From contig NW_024704742.1 of NCBI RefSeq assembly GCF_018977255.1, positions 114,020,001 to 114,084,000 on the forward strand: a DNA stretch of 64,000 nt. Reading direction: 5' to 3'. Shown in pieces: positions 38,641 through 51,178 of the stretch (position 1 is the stretch's first letter; each line of letters starts with the position of its first letter). A model generated the notes under the pieces. The model had not been told where the DNA came from, made no database searches, and saw nothing but the letters and a program-made list of their open reading frames with translations. The stretch is from Callorhinchus milii. Taxonomy: Eukaryota. Both the position numbers and the translations under genes were made by a program.

Positions 38641-39754
38641 CTTGCTATTACCATCGTTGGGAATTTGAGCTCATCAAATCGGGTGGCACTCCAATGCCCT
38701 GTCGGAGTTCTCTTCTTTGAATGAAATCTTAAAACCAAGATTTTGTCTGCTTGTTCAGGTGAAAACTCCCATGGCACGATTTGAAAAGAGAAGTGAGTTC
38801 CTCCCAGGGTCCTGGCTAAGATTCCTCCAGATAAAATTGTTCATTCAGTTCATGGCTGTTTGTGGGATATTATTGTGTGCAAGTTAGCTGCCATTTACTT
38901 ACAAATACGCAATCACTGCATTTAACAGAAACACTCGATATCAAATGCAATAATTTTTATTGTGGTAGCTTTCAGGGGTCATGTGCTTCCACCACTGCCC
39001 TTGTGGCGATAATGTTCCCACAAGAGTTTGGGTCGGGAATTCCAGGCTTTTGACCCAAAGATAATGAAAGAACAGTGATGTATGGCCAAGTCAAGATGAC
39101 GAGTGACTTGGACGAGAACCAGGAGGTTGTGGTACCTTGAAACCGCTGTGCTTATTCTTGCTACTGAGGAATCTGTTACAGGAAATACAGTAAAACCTTT
39201 TTATAACAAGGTCATTTGGATCCATAAAATCAACCAGCCTTATAATGGGGCAGTATTGCCAGTTAGCACCTTCGCTTCATGATGTACTCTAAAATATGAC
39301 TGAATTTCATATGCAGGAAATTATGTCAGCAAGCATCTGACAATCCATTTCTGACATACTTTTTGTGTATCTGAAGTGGATCGACATGCAGGAAGTCCAC
39401 CTGCCTAAGCCAAATGCAGATCTGTAGGACACCTATGTTCTAAGTGAACCAATGTATAAGGAGGTGCCTTTTAACAAGATTCTACTGTACCTCAAATTGG
39501 ACCTTAAATTATTAAAAGTTTCTGTTGATTTTAGTCACGATCAGTGGAAAATTGTACCATGTGAGAAAGCACAAAATGCAATTCTTATGGTTCACAAGCA
39601 ACAATTGATAATTAGCGAGTACCTTCCTCATAAGAGCAGTCAGCACAAGAGCAATGATAAATACAAATTGTCTTCATGGTTTTGTTAGAAAATACAATTT
39701 TAATTTGTGCATAGTTTTTCAGTGATAACCTTTACAATGATGTCAAATTGGGCC

Positions 39755-40025
39755 ACTTGGTTTGGATACTCTTAAGCATGGTGATGGGTTCCCACATGTG
39801 TCAGACACCTGGCTGACCCAAAAAAAGTGGGATAAAGGGTTGTGATTGGTGGACTGGGCTGACAGTCACTCAGAGGTGGGCAATGTCTGGCCTTTGATTT
39901 GCAGTCTGGCTCAGGGGGCAGCATGAGGAACCTTTGATTGAGGTGCACTGGAGAGTTCATGCTTTGCAACTGTGTGCACAATAGAAGTAAAGCCACTGAT
40001 CATGAGGGTTTGCTTCGGGTCCTTG
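39755..40025 (-). mobile_element. second piece of the probable tyrosine-recombinase element
   Basis: tttggatactcttaagcatggtgatg...catgtgtcagacacctgg shared with 29624-29680; CLRVSKPS. Confidence 0.45.
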
Positions 40026-40954
40026 TGGTTTATCCAATCGATTTTATATTGAGTGTAATTACAAGTATTTCTAGAATGCAACTATTTACGTATTAAGCGG
40101 AATGACAATAAAGTCCCTTATTAAGATTTTGCATGGGAAGCAGCCAGGATACGGACAGTGTGGCTTCTTAAGTGGTAGTGACTACTTAAGCCAATGTCTT
40201 ATTATTCGAAGTTCACTGTGTATAATTAAACACACCAGTTCTATAAGATAGGATGTTCTATGAATAAGTCACTTTGACAGGTGAGGACAGCGCATACTTA
40301 TTAAGTGATGAAAGTCTTTGATACTAACAAACAATTTTTTACAGTTTGCAGCCTGACAGTAATCCCAATGATTCTAATGTGAATTTTGGGACACTGTTAA
40401 CCTTTGAATGAAGTTCAGACATATTGTTACATTTAAAGTAAACTGCGGGAATAATTTAATTGCTAAGCTTTCCCATTTTTAGCCCCGGACAACTGCTAGA
40501 CAGTTGAGGGCTCAAGAGCCTTGCTCAAATTACATTGAATTACACCACAAATAACTACATGTAATCCTGCTGATGCACCAGTAATGCATATTATGAATAA
40601 TATCAGATGTCTCTGTTAATGGTTGAAAATATGCAGCTTTGGGTCCCCTCAAGCGCTTCAATTCCTCTTTCCTGGGAAGCAGCTTTAATTTGCATAGAGG
40701 AGGTAGTTTAGATGATATATTGAAGTATGAAACCTTAGAAACAGATGCAGGAAACCTGAACCAAATAGAGCTGTAGTGACCTGGTGCTCCAAGTTTCTCT
40801 AAATTTCCATTCGCAGACCATTTGTACATACATAAACACAAGCGTGTAGACACACAGAGAGGCAGACACCATATAGCAAAGGAGATGGAGGGCTACAGAG
40901 AAGCAGAGAGCTTTGTGAAACATGTTAATGAATAACAATGTTGTAAAGCTCGAC

Positions 40955-41176
40955 TGGCACCGGCCTCCTGCTCGTCCCTAGCACCCTCCGCCCCACCATC
41001 GGAGGTCGCGCTTTCAGCCACTATGTCCCGAAACTCTGGATCACTCTCCCTCAATCCCTCTGCTTGCCCCTTTCTCCCTTTCCCAAGTCCTGCCTGAAAA
41101 CCTTCCCCTTCGACTGTGCTTAGGGTTAGGAGTCAGACTTCATGGAGGAAGCTATATAAGTGCAAGTTGTTGTTGT
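40955..41176 (+). mobile_element. L2 3' fragment
   Basis: ccaccatcggaggtcgcgctttcagcc...ctctgga...gctatataagtgcaag(ttg)n. Confidence 0.85.
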
Positions 41177-41333
41177 AAAGAGGAGTAGAGAACCATAACA
41201 AACTTTTGGAGTTTTCTTCTTTCTGAACCCTTGGTTTTGCCTTTTGGTCTTTGTACACTTTAGGTTTTTGGTAAATATTGCCAATTAGACAACTTTCAGA
41301 AATCACAATTAGCACTTCGCATCCTTTTTATGA

Positions 41334-41690
41334 ATATAATCTTTGCCTTTGATATAGCGCCTTATCGAGTCTTTGAGACAACTCAAAACACTTCACAGAA
41401 TATACTGTAAATTGAATTGACTGTATATTTTTTGAGTGAACCGTGGCAGCCAATTGCACACAACAGTGTCCTACAAACAGCCATGGATTGAGTGACCAAT
41501 TTTTATTAAGGAATTATCACCCCCGGAAAAGCGATCGGCCAATCGACTAATAACTGGGTTCCTACTTACTGCAAGGTAAACAGAGGCGTGTGGAGTAAGG
41601 AAACTTGCCCAACGTTTCGCCCTGCTGGGAATCAAGCCCCCAGTCCTCTCGCTTGCGAGGCGAGTGCTCTAACCACTGAGCTATAGGATA
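41334..41690 (-). mobile_element. tRNA-derived SINE, long subfamily
   Basis: complete head with CTCGC-CTCGCAA-GCGAG arm, extra central block, tail. Confidence 0.92.
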
Positions 41691-42049
41691 TCACATATTA
41701 GTCAAAAATTGACCTTTTTTTATAATGGAGGTGGGATGAGAAATATTGCAGCATTTCTAAATGCATTTGATTCCTTAATTAATACATTAAGAAACAGTTT
41801 ATCATCTGGCCACAATTGTAATCCAATCCTGTGTTTAACTTTCGGAAGCTTTGGAGCTATACTGTGAACAATAATTTTGTACTGAATGGTCTTTTCATAA
41901 AAGTTTCCCACTAGCTTGGATTCTAGATAAATGATAGCGGATTAATGATAAAAGACTTGATTATTTTTGTCATCTAAGAGCTACTTCACAGGATACGTTG
42001 TATTCCCCTCTCCATGATCAGACATAGCAAAGTGGGAGCACTGGAATCT

Positions 42050-42820
42050 TTGGCCCAACTGATGTACCAAAGTCGTGGGTCAAACACCGCTTTTCCTCCT
42101 GGCTGTAGCACATTGGTTGGGCCCGTCCTTCAGATGAGATGTTAAACTGGCTCACGTCTGCCTGCTCAGGTGGACGTTAAACATCCCAGTTGCTATTCGA
42201 AAAGAGAAGGGAGTTTCTCTCTCCCCATGTCCTGGCCAACAATCCTTCAAATAAAAATTGTTCACTCACTCCATGGCTGTTAATAATAATAATAAGCCTT
42301 GCATTTGATATAACGCCTTATCACGTCTTCAGACGTCTCAAAGTGGTTCACAGAATACACTATAAAGTGAATTGACTGTATGTTTTCTGGGTGAAATGCA
42401 GCAGCCAATCGCACACAGCGATGTCCCACAGTTGTGGATTGGGTGACCACATTATTATGATTATCTATTTTTTATTATTTTTTGGAACCCTGGAACCCCG
42501 GAAAAGCGATCCGCCAATCGACTAACAACTCGGTTCCTATTTACTGCTAGGTAAACAGAGGCATGTGGAGTAAGGAAGTATGCCCAACGATTCGCCCTGC
42601 CAAGAATCGAACCCAGGTCCTCTCGCTTACAAGTCGAGTGCTCCAACCACAAAGCTGCAGGACTCTGTTGCTGTTTGTGGGACGTTGTAACGTGCAACCG
42701 GCTGTTATGTTCCACCCACAAAATACCCATTCTCTACACTTTACAATATATCCTGGAAACACTTTGAGACTCAACATGATAAGGCACTGTCTCAAATTCA
42801 AGGATTATTATTATTATATT
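42050..42820 (+). mobile_element. old SacSINE1-like SINE with nested long-subfamily SINE (-, 42282-42665)
   Basis: host rejoins ccatggctgtt|tgtgggac; gctgtt duplicated on both sides. Confidence 0.85.
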
Positions 42821-43639
42821 TCAGCGCTCACTTTGCAACATGTTCTGCATTATGTTTCTGAGCTTTCTGTTAACGGTCTCTCATGTTACTGTATCTCATC
42901 AAAGAAATGAAACTATGCCGTGTTCCCACTGCAATCCAGTGCTGCGGTTTATCGATTCATACTTTAAACACATTTTGGACCTGGTTCTAAGTGGTTTTAT
43001 TAGCACACATCATTTGCTCATAAAATTGGAGGGGAAAATTGCTGGAGGTGAGCAAAGTGGCTGGTCACACCTTGAATTAATACACTCAGGAGGTGCAACA
43101 ATAACATTATACTTTAAGTAAAGGCACAAGGGTAAAATGATATGTAATTGTAAAATTGCACTAAAATATTAGTTGTGTTTGCACATGTGGGAGAATATAT
43201 TTCCCCATCTTCAAATTGCAGTTGTTGTTGCATGAAAGGGGAAAAGCATGCAACAACACATGGCTGATGGTGATTGCAAGGCAATCATTCAATGAAGTGT
43301 TTGTGACAGCATCGTAAACTTCAAGTGCAAAAGGTGGGCAGCTTGCAATTGGATTTACTGCCTTAAACTTACCGCCAGACATTTGTTGCATCCTGTTTCA
43401 ATAAAATAATGCCAAATGCAAAAAGACTAACATTATATAGATAAATAGTAATGAAGGTGAATCTAGTGCTGATTGCTAGATTAGTTTTATTTTAATTACT
43501 TTAAAAGAAAAAATCCTATTATAACATTGTAGAATGGAAATCACTATTTTTAGTGATTAGGGTCAATAGAACCCAATAGAGACTGAAGGTAATTAATGAT
43601 CATAATAATCATCCTTACATTTAACTAAGCACTGTATCA

Positions 43640-45190
43640 AGATGTCATTGGTGACCTTGACCAGGGCAGTTTCTGTGCTATGGGCAGCATGGAAACCCGA
43701 CTGAAGGGGTTCGAATAATGAATGGGTGGAGAAGAAAGAGCGGTCCACCGACAAAGCTGGCTGAACCTCCTTAAAATGTACCGCTCCACTCTAGCCTCGG
43801 CCAAGTCGTCCTTCTACTCCAGGATAATCCTGGAGGCGAAGAACAACCCCAAGCTTCTGTTCTCTACCACATCCCGACTCCTCCATCCCCCCCGCCACCC
43901 CGCACAGGTCATCTCCTCCAACCTTCACTGCGAGGAGATGTTGGATTTCCTTGAATCCAAAATCAAGGGAATCCGCTCCACGGTCACTGTCCCTCCAACT
44001 TCCACCCACCCCTCCCTCCCACACTCCGACTCCTACCCATCCTCTCCTACACATCTTCGAACCTGTTTCCTCACCCTCTGTCACCAAACTCATCCTGTCC
44101 CTGAAATCCACCACCTGCTCCCTTGACCCCATCCACACACCATTCCTTATCTCCCAGCTCCACCTCCTCGACCTATTGGCCGCATTCGATACAATCCACC
44201 GCTTGTCCTCCCACCTCAACCTTCAAGGCCCTGTCCTTGAGTGGTTTAGGTCCTACCTCTCCCACCGTCTTCATTTTGTCTCTGCAAACGGCTTTTCCTC
44301 CACCCCCCGCACTGTCTCATGCGGCATCCCTCAGGGCTCTGTCCTCGGTCCCCTCCTCTTCACCCTCTATATGCTCCCCCTTGGTGACATCATCCGCAGA
44401 CATGGGGTTAACTTACACATATATGCGGATGACATCCAACTCTACCTTTCCTTTTCTACCCTCAACTCCACGACCACCAATGTCCTGACAGCCTGACATC
44501 GAGTCCTGGATGAGAGACAACTTTCTTCAGCTCAACGTGCGCAAAACTGAGGCCCACCTGATTGGCTCGCGTCAGCGCCTCCGCAACTCAGCCGCTGACA
44601 GCATCAGCATTCAAGGCTGCACTTGGCGTTCTGTTCGACCCTGAGCTGTCCTTTCTTCCTCACATCCGCGCCACAACTGGCACCGCCTTCCACCACCTCC
44701 AGAATAAAGCGAGACTACGGGACTACCTCACCCCTCACACTGCTGAAACCCTGGTCCACGCCTTTATCACCTCAAGGCTGGACTATGGGAACTCTCTCCT
44801 CGCCGGCCTTCCTGGCACCTCCCTCCACAAGCTGCAGGTCATTCATAACTCTGCAGCTCGTGTACTGTCCCGCACCAGGCTTCGCGACCACATCACTCCC
44901 ACCCACTGGCTCCCCATCCCCCAGAGGATCGAATTCAAGATCCTCATCCTCACCTACAAGGCCATTCAGGGCCTTGCTCCCTCCTACCTCTCCGACCTAC
45001 TATCCCCCTACTTACCTGCCCATACCCTCCATTCCCCTTCTCCGGTCTGCTCCGGTCTGCTCGCTCCCTCCCTCCCTTCCCTCACCCTGACCATTTCCTT
45101 CCTGCTCGGGTCCCGACCCAACTGTCCAGCGCCTTGGGACGTCCTCCCGACGTCAAAGGCGCTCTGTAAATGAAATCTTGTTGTTGTTGT
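43640..45190 (+). mobile_element. rearranged L2 with 5' inverted segment and multiple internal deletions, inserted in an old SINE
   Basis: TSD tgtatca at 43633-43639 and 45188-45194; same family as 8361-11984. Confidence 0.93.
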
Positions 45191-45234
45191 ATCACATTGT
45201 CAAAAAGTCTCAAAGTGCTTTACGGGTATTTACA

Positions 45235-45553
45235 GGAGTCCTGTAGCTCAGTGGTTAGAGCACTCGCTTTGCAAGCGAGAAACCTGAGTTCAATTCCAGG
45301 CAGAGGGCGAAACCTTGGTCAAGTTTCCTTACTCCACACGCCTAATAATAATCCCTCCAAAACCAAAAACAATAATAAAAATTGGTCATTTTCAATCTAC
45401 GACTGTTTGTGGGACATTGCTGTGCGCAATTGGCTGCCGCGTTCACCCACAAATATACAGTTAATTCACTTTACAGTGTGTTCTGTGAAGCGCTTTGGGA
45501 TGTCCTCCCGACGTGAAAAGCGCTGTATCAAATGCAAGATTATTATTATTATT
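45235..45553 (+). mobile_element. young tRNA-derived SINE (short subfamily)
   Basis: GGAGTCCTGTAGCTCAGTGGTTAGAGCACTCGCTTTGCAAGCGAG...aaatgcaagattattatt. Confidence 0.95.
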
Positions 45554-47904
45554 AACTGTGAAGTGTTCTGATTGTTTACTTGTAGGTGAACACAGCAACC
45601 AATTTGCAGTAGCAATGTCCTCCAAACAGCCATGAAGGGAATGACCAATTTTATCTGGGGGATTGCTGGCAAGGTGCCATGTAAGCATGGAAGCCATGTG
45701 AGCATGGCTGGCTTTCTGCTTAAAGCATAGAGACCAGGGAGGAACTCTGTGACATCAACAATTCCAACAACCCAGGAAGTGATGGCAAGTACCTGCGATA
45801 TAACAGGTTCCATTTATAACACTGTCCACTGTCCCATTTTATGGACCTCAATTATTGTATTATAAAGGGGCTGTACTTGAATTGTGCATTATAAATATGG
45901 CTAAATGTTTATTTTTCTATTTTTTTTCTGTGAAAGAATACTTAGGCTGTGTTAAAGACACTCTGTTAAGGATTGCTAGCAATGGCACAGTAACTGAAGT
46001 TCATGGAGTGTAGATGAGTGGAGTGGATATCCAACACATTATTGACAAGCAGGAAATAATGGGTACTTGCTGCTAAAATCAGTAGATTTAAAGATTTACT
46101 GATCTATAGAGCATAATCTCATCCTTATATTGTGAGATTTAATTTTCTCTGTTCACAAGAGGGGTGCATGCACTAATTTCAGCCTCCTAGGTCTTTGTGA
46201 GCATTTTAGATAGGGGAGGGGACATGTTTGACAGCTGGTTTAGTGTGATAAAGGCTATAGAGCATAATGAATGGCCATAGAGGGAGGGGGGTTTGCTCTT
46301 CAAACTACTTTTCACACCGATCTTTATAAATGACAATTAACTTTCTCCACACCTTCTGCAAAATTTCACAAATCAGGCCCCACAGTATAACCCCAATACT
46401 TTAGGGCACACCAACTCAGTAGAAAAAGAGGACATACATTTGAGTCATAAAGGGCAATGTCAGAACAGACACCTGAGGTTTTGCGTTAAACATAGTCTAA
46501 ATTATAACTGGAACAGGTTGCCAGGAAGAGTGGTTGAGGCTAGAACAATGGACACATTTATAAAGCAGTTGGATGCTATAATGGGATGGGGGTGGGGTGT
46601 TTGTTGGTGGGTGGATTGGATGGGCCAAAGGGCTTCTGGGACATTGGATAGACCAAAGGGCTTTCTTCATCTAAGCCAATTTGTGATCTTGTGAGTTTTA
46701 AGCATCTGGCAGTTGTTGTTGATGATGAGTAAGATGAAGAATAACAGCATCATGAAAAAGCATTGCTGTGGTGTGTATTTATTCACTGATGCCAATAGCA
46801 TGAATCTCGTTGCTATTGGAACTTGGTGTCAACAGAGTTGAAAATTGCACAAAGGCTTCTATGAAAATGTTAAAGCTGGAATATGTTGGCAAACACCACA
46901 CTGCACAAACTAGGGCTTTCAATCAAAATAGAAATATTTAAACATTTTCGACCGTAAAATATCTTATGACTTTTTCTTGTTCTTTGACTGCTTTTGTTCA
47001 TCTCCCTCCTCTACCCCCACCACCCCCCCAGCTTCCCCCCCAACCCCCCCCCCCCCCAACTGCAGCTTGGGTGCCAAGCTATTATCATTGAGTACCTTAG
47101 GACGTCCTCTCGATGTGAAAGGCATATATAAATGTAAATTTGTATTATATTGTTCCTTCTTTCTTATACAGGTCAATGTTTAATAACCACTGTACCAAAC
47201 AAATCATATTTCTGCTTCTCAACTAATCCCAGTTTAAGCAGCAAATATTCATGTGCAAAGGAGGCACATGAATATTCGTTGTGTGGTGCTCATGGACATA
47301 AACGATAGAGTGAATGAGATCAGTTGAATTACCATATCTCATTCCGCCCTTCACAAATAACGATGATCAAGTTTATGAATTGTTCTTAAAAGCAAAATTT
47401 ATATGCTGGTCTTTAGTCTTTCGTAACTAACCTGGTAGAAAGATATCCATGGAGTATCATTCTCACTGGAAATAGCAATATCAGGCCTTTTTTTTCCCAT
47501 TAGATTTATGGTTAAAACTGGGACATTTTGTGAATTACTGAACATGGTTGTAGGTCCTTACCTATTTTTCAAGATGCTATTCACCTGTTGGGAGAGAGAG
47601 TTTATGTGAGAGAATCAGCAGTAAATGACAATACAAATTCTGTACCAGCCATAAAATGAAGTATTGATAAAACTAGCAATGGCCATCACCAAGATTTTCT
47701 GAATAAGCCAGCTCAGAATCTGCTCTGTTACTTTGAAGCCACCTCTGAATTGACTATGTCCCCCGTGACGCCCAATAACATTATGCATCAATGTATCGTC
47801 AACATATAATAATAATAATGCTTTCATTTAATGTAGCGCGTTATCACATCTTGGAAACGTTTCAAAGCACTTCACGAATACACTGTAAAGTGAATTGACT
47901 GTGT

Positions 47905-49146
47905 ATTTCACCCTCTACCATCCCTCCTCTCCTACAAACCTCCTGGCTCCTTCCTCACGAACATCTCGTCTCTCCTCTCATCCCTGTATCCCTGTCCCTC
48001 TGCACTGAACGCCTGCTCACAATGGGCAATTTCAACCTTCATCTCAACTCCTCTTGCCCCACATCCTCTGACTTCACTGCACTCTTCTGCACCCTAAATC
48101 TCACCCTCCATATAAACTCCTCAACCCACAACCTGATGCAGTCATCAAGCTGCTACATGATTGCCTCTCCACCACCTTCAACTTCCTTTCCTCTAAAATA
48201 GTAAACATCCACCTGGCAGCCTCATCTTCCTGCCCTGTGTGCCCTATCACCACTCCCCCCCATTCCAGCTCCTAATACGGCCTCCATCCTACATTCCTTT
48301 GTCCCTTTCTCTCCTACCTCCCTCTCATCCTCCATTACCCCGATAAAACCCATCATCTGCTGCCTTGACCCCCTCCACACCCAACTGCTGATCACCCAGT
48401 TCCCCCTCCTCTACCCACTGCAGGCAGACACCATTAATTTCCTCAGGATCAGTCCCACACCCCACCCCCCCCACAACTCCCATCATTACCCCCTTCCTTA
48501 AAAAACCTACCCTCCACCCCTCCAACCTTAGCCACTACCTCTCTATCTCAAACCTGCCCTTCCTGGCCAAAGCTTTGGAAAGAGTTGTTGCCAACCAACT
48601 TCACACATACCTTTCCCTTCACTCCCTACTCAAACCTCTCCAGTCCAGTTTCCACCCTGCCCACAGTACAGAGACAGAGCTGGTGAAAGTCGCAAAGAAT
48701 GTCCGCTCCCTCTGCCCCCTCATCCTCCTAGACATCTCCGCCGCGTTTGACACGGTCGATCACGCCATCCTCCTCCACCGCCTGTCCTCCATCATCCACC
48801 TCAATGGGACCGCACTCGCTTGATTCAAGTCCTACCTTACAAACCGCCAGGACTACATTTCCGCAAATGTTTTTTCTTCTCACTCCCACCCGGTCACCTG
48901 CAGTGGACCCCAAGGCTCCATCCTTGGCCCCCTTTGTTTCTTCATCGATATGCTCCCTCTCGCTGATGTCATCTGCAGATACAGGGTTAACTTTCACATG
49001 TATGTGGATCACATTCAATTCTACTTCTCCTCCTCCAGCTGCAACCCCCAGTCTTCTGATGTTCTGTCAGCTTGTCTGTCAGACATCAAGACCTGGATGA
49101 GCACAAATTTCTTGCAGTTAAACGTTAACAAGATAGAAGCCATACC
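47905..49146 (+). mobile_element. degraded L2 ORF2 (EN and RT pieces, no 3' tail) between two halves of a long-subfamily SINE (47808-47905, 49147-49333)
   Basis: [36 protein letters not shown]. Confidence 0.85.
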
Positions 49147-50282
49147 ATTATTTATTTTTAAGGAATTATTATCCCCAGAAAAGCGCTCCGCCAATCGACT
49201 AACAACTGGATTCCTACTTACTGCTAGGTAAAACGAGGCATGTGAAGTAAGTCCAACGTTTCGCCCTACCGGGACTCGAATCCAGGTCCTCTCACTTGCG
49301 AAGTGAGTGCTCTAACCGCTAAGCTACAGGACATATCATCATCAATGTATTTAATAGGAAAATTTGACAAACATGGGGGAGAAGAGGGTGCAGTAGAGGG
49401 GATTAGGAGAGGTGGAGGTGCATATGACGTATAAACACTGACGTAGACTAGTTGGGACAAATATCCTGTTTCGGTGCTGTAATGCTTTATGTCATTCTAT
49501 TTAATCTTATGCATTAATATAGTCCTGGAATTTCGATAACAATAAATTCCCCTTTATTTAAAATATTTAAACCAACTCACTTTTTTTTACTTAATTCAGT
49601 TTGTAGTGATGTAAAGTGCATAAATGTCTTTCTAATATTCCAAACATTTTTCAACAAACTCATTTCCTGGGTAGTTTATTTTATGCACACCCCTGTACAT
49701 TTCTTATCCAGTCCACATGTAAATCTGACTAGGATTTCCTTTTGTGCTATGAAACTACAATGTTGTGCATGCCTCATCTTTGATTATGCCTTTGCCCCTT
49801 ATTGAGACTTGATCCTCAATGCTCAGAGCTCATTGGAAGTCCACAAAATTCTTTTAAAGTTATGATGTAAAATAAAAAAACATGGAATTTGATCACCCAT
49901 CTTCAGAAAATCCCCAAAAGTGCATTACCCTAAATATAGATGAGTAACAAGCAGATTTTTGGATTTGATTTTGACATTCGAGGCATAGGCCTGAAACCAT
50001 TTTTCTTATTTCCCACTGTGTTTCATATGTCCCTTTGATATTAAACAAACTTAGTTCTCGGGATATATAAGGGTTACTTACATTGTACCCAGCTGTCTTA
50101 GGTTTGTTTGCATCAGCTATAGCCCAGGGTTAGAGCTCAGACATTGGATTTGGGATATCAGATTTCAAGCCAATGTGGTTTTGATGTAAATAAATTGCAG
50201 GTTCATTTGTTTAGTTCTGCAAAGGCATTTTCTCTATTTTACAATGCAATGTCGTGAATCATCTTTTAACAGCAGATATTCT

Positions 50283-50645
50283 CCTGATGGCTCATTTGTT
50301 AAAGGTGCTGTTCATTCAATATGACATGAAGGGTCTGGTTTGTAAGGGCAGTGGGAGGGGTGATAAATTGATCTCAGCACCTTGAGCTAGGAAGGGAAAA
50401 AATATCAGTCAAGTTCCTGTTCTTGATTACTCTTCAGTAACTGTTGCTGAAAACAGTGCATCTCTGGACATCAGTTGAAGATTGGAATATGCTTTGCTGT
50501 GATGCTCCATGTAGTTACATCGACTGCCAAAATCACTATTGAAACTTATACACAAAAATTGGTTACTTAGGCATGGTGCCAGAGGATGGTCTTTGCCCAT
50601 TGAACCATACCCCAGTGTGAGTTAGCATCTTAAGCAAGAAAGGGA
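50283..50645 (+). repeat. ancient SINE-like repeat (same family as 21031-21285 and 22494-22713)
   Basis: gggaaaaaatatcagtcaagttcctgttcttgatt...gctgtgatg...gtagtta...ctgcca...ggttactt. Confidence 0.55.
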
Positions 50646-50859
50646 AGAGAAATTGGAGTAGGCTGTCAAACTTGCAGTGTTCCTCAATTATCAAATTTCC
50701 CCAAAAAAACAATTGAATATACCAGAGAATACATTATCGAATTTCTAAAATTCAATTGAATTAATTCTTCAGGACATTCAATATTTTAGATAATTGATAA
50801 ACCCATTTCCTATTAAGAAATAATGTATAATTGACCCCCAGTTTTCAGTAGTCATCTTA

Positions 50860-51178
50860 GATTCCTGTAGCTCAGTGGTTAGAGCACTCGCCTCGCATGC
50901 AAGAGACATGGGTTCGATTCCCAGCTGGGCGAAACCTTGGGAAAGTTTCCTTACTCTACACGCCTGATAATAATCCCTCAAGAAAAAAACCAACAATAAA
51001 ATTGGTCACTTCAATCTATGACTGTTTGTGGGACACTACTGTGTGCAATTGGCTGCCACGGTTTGCCCACAAATAGACAGTCAATTCACTTTACAATATA
51101 TTCTGTGAAGTGCTTTGAGACGTCTAGAAGACACATAAAGTGCTATATCAAATGCAAGGATTATTATTATTTATTATT
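50860..51178 (+). mobile_element. tRNA-derived SINE, short subfamily, more diverged copy
   Basis: A box TAGCTCAGTGG, B box GGTTCGATTCC, ATT tail. Confidence 0.93.

Noticed and set aside
45235..45310. tRNA-Ala gene
   Set aside because: A/B boxes and anticodon arm are present, but there is no acceptor stem and it continues into a SINE body repeated many times
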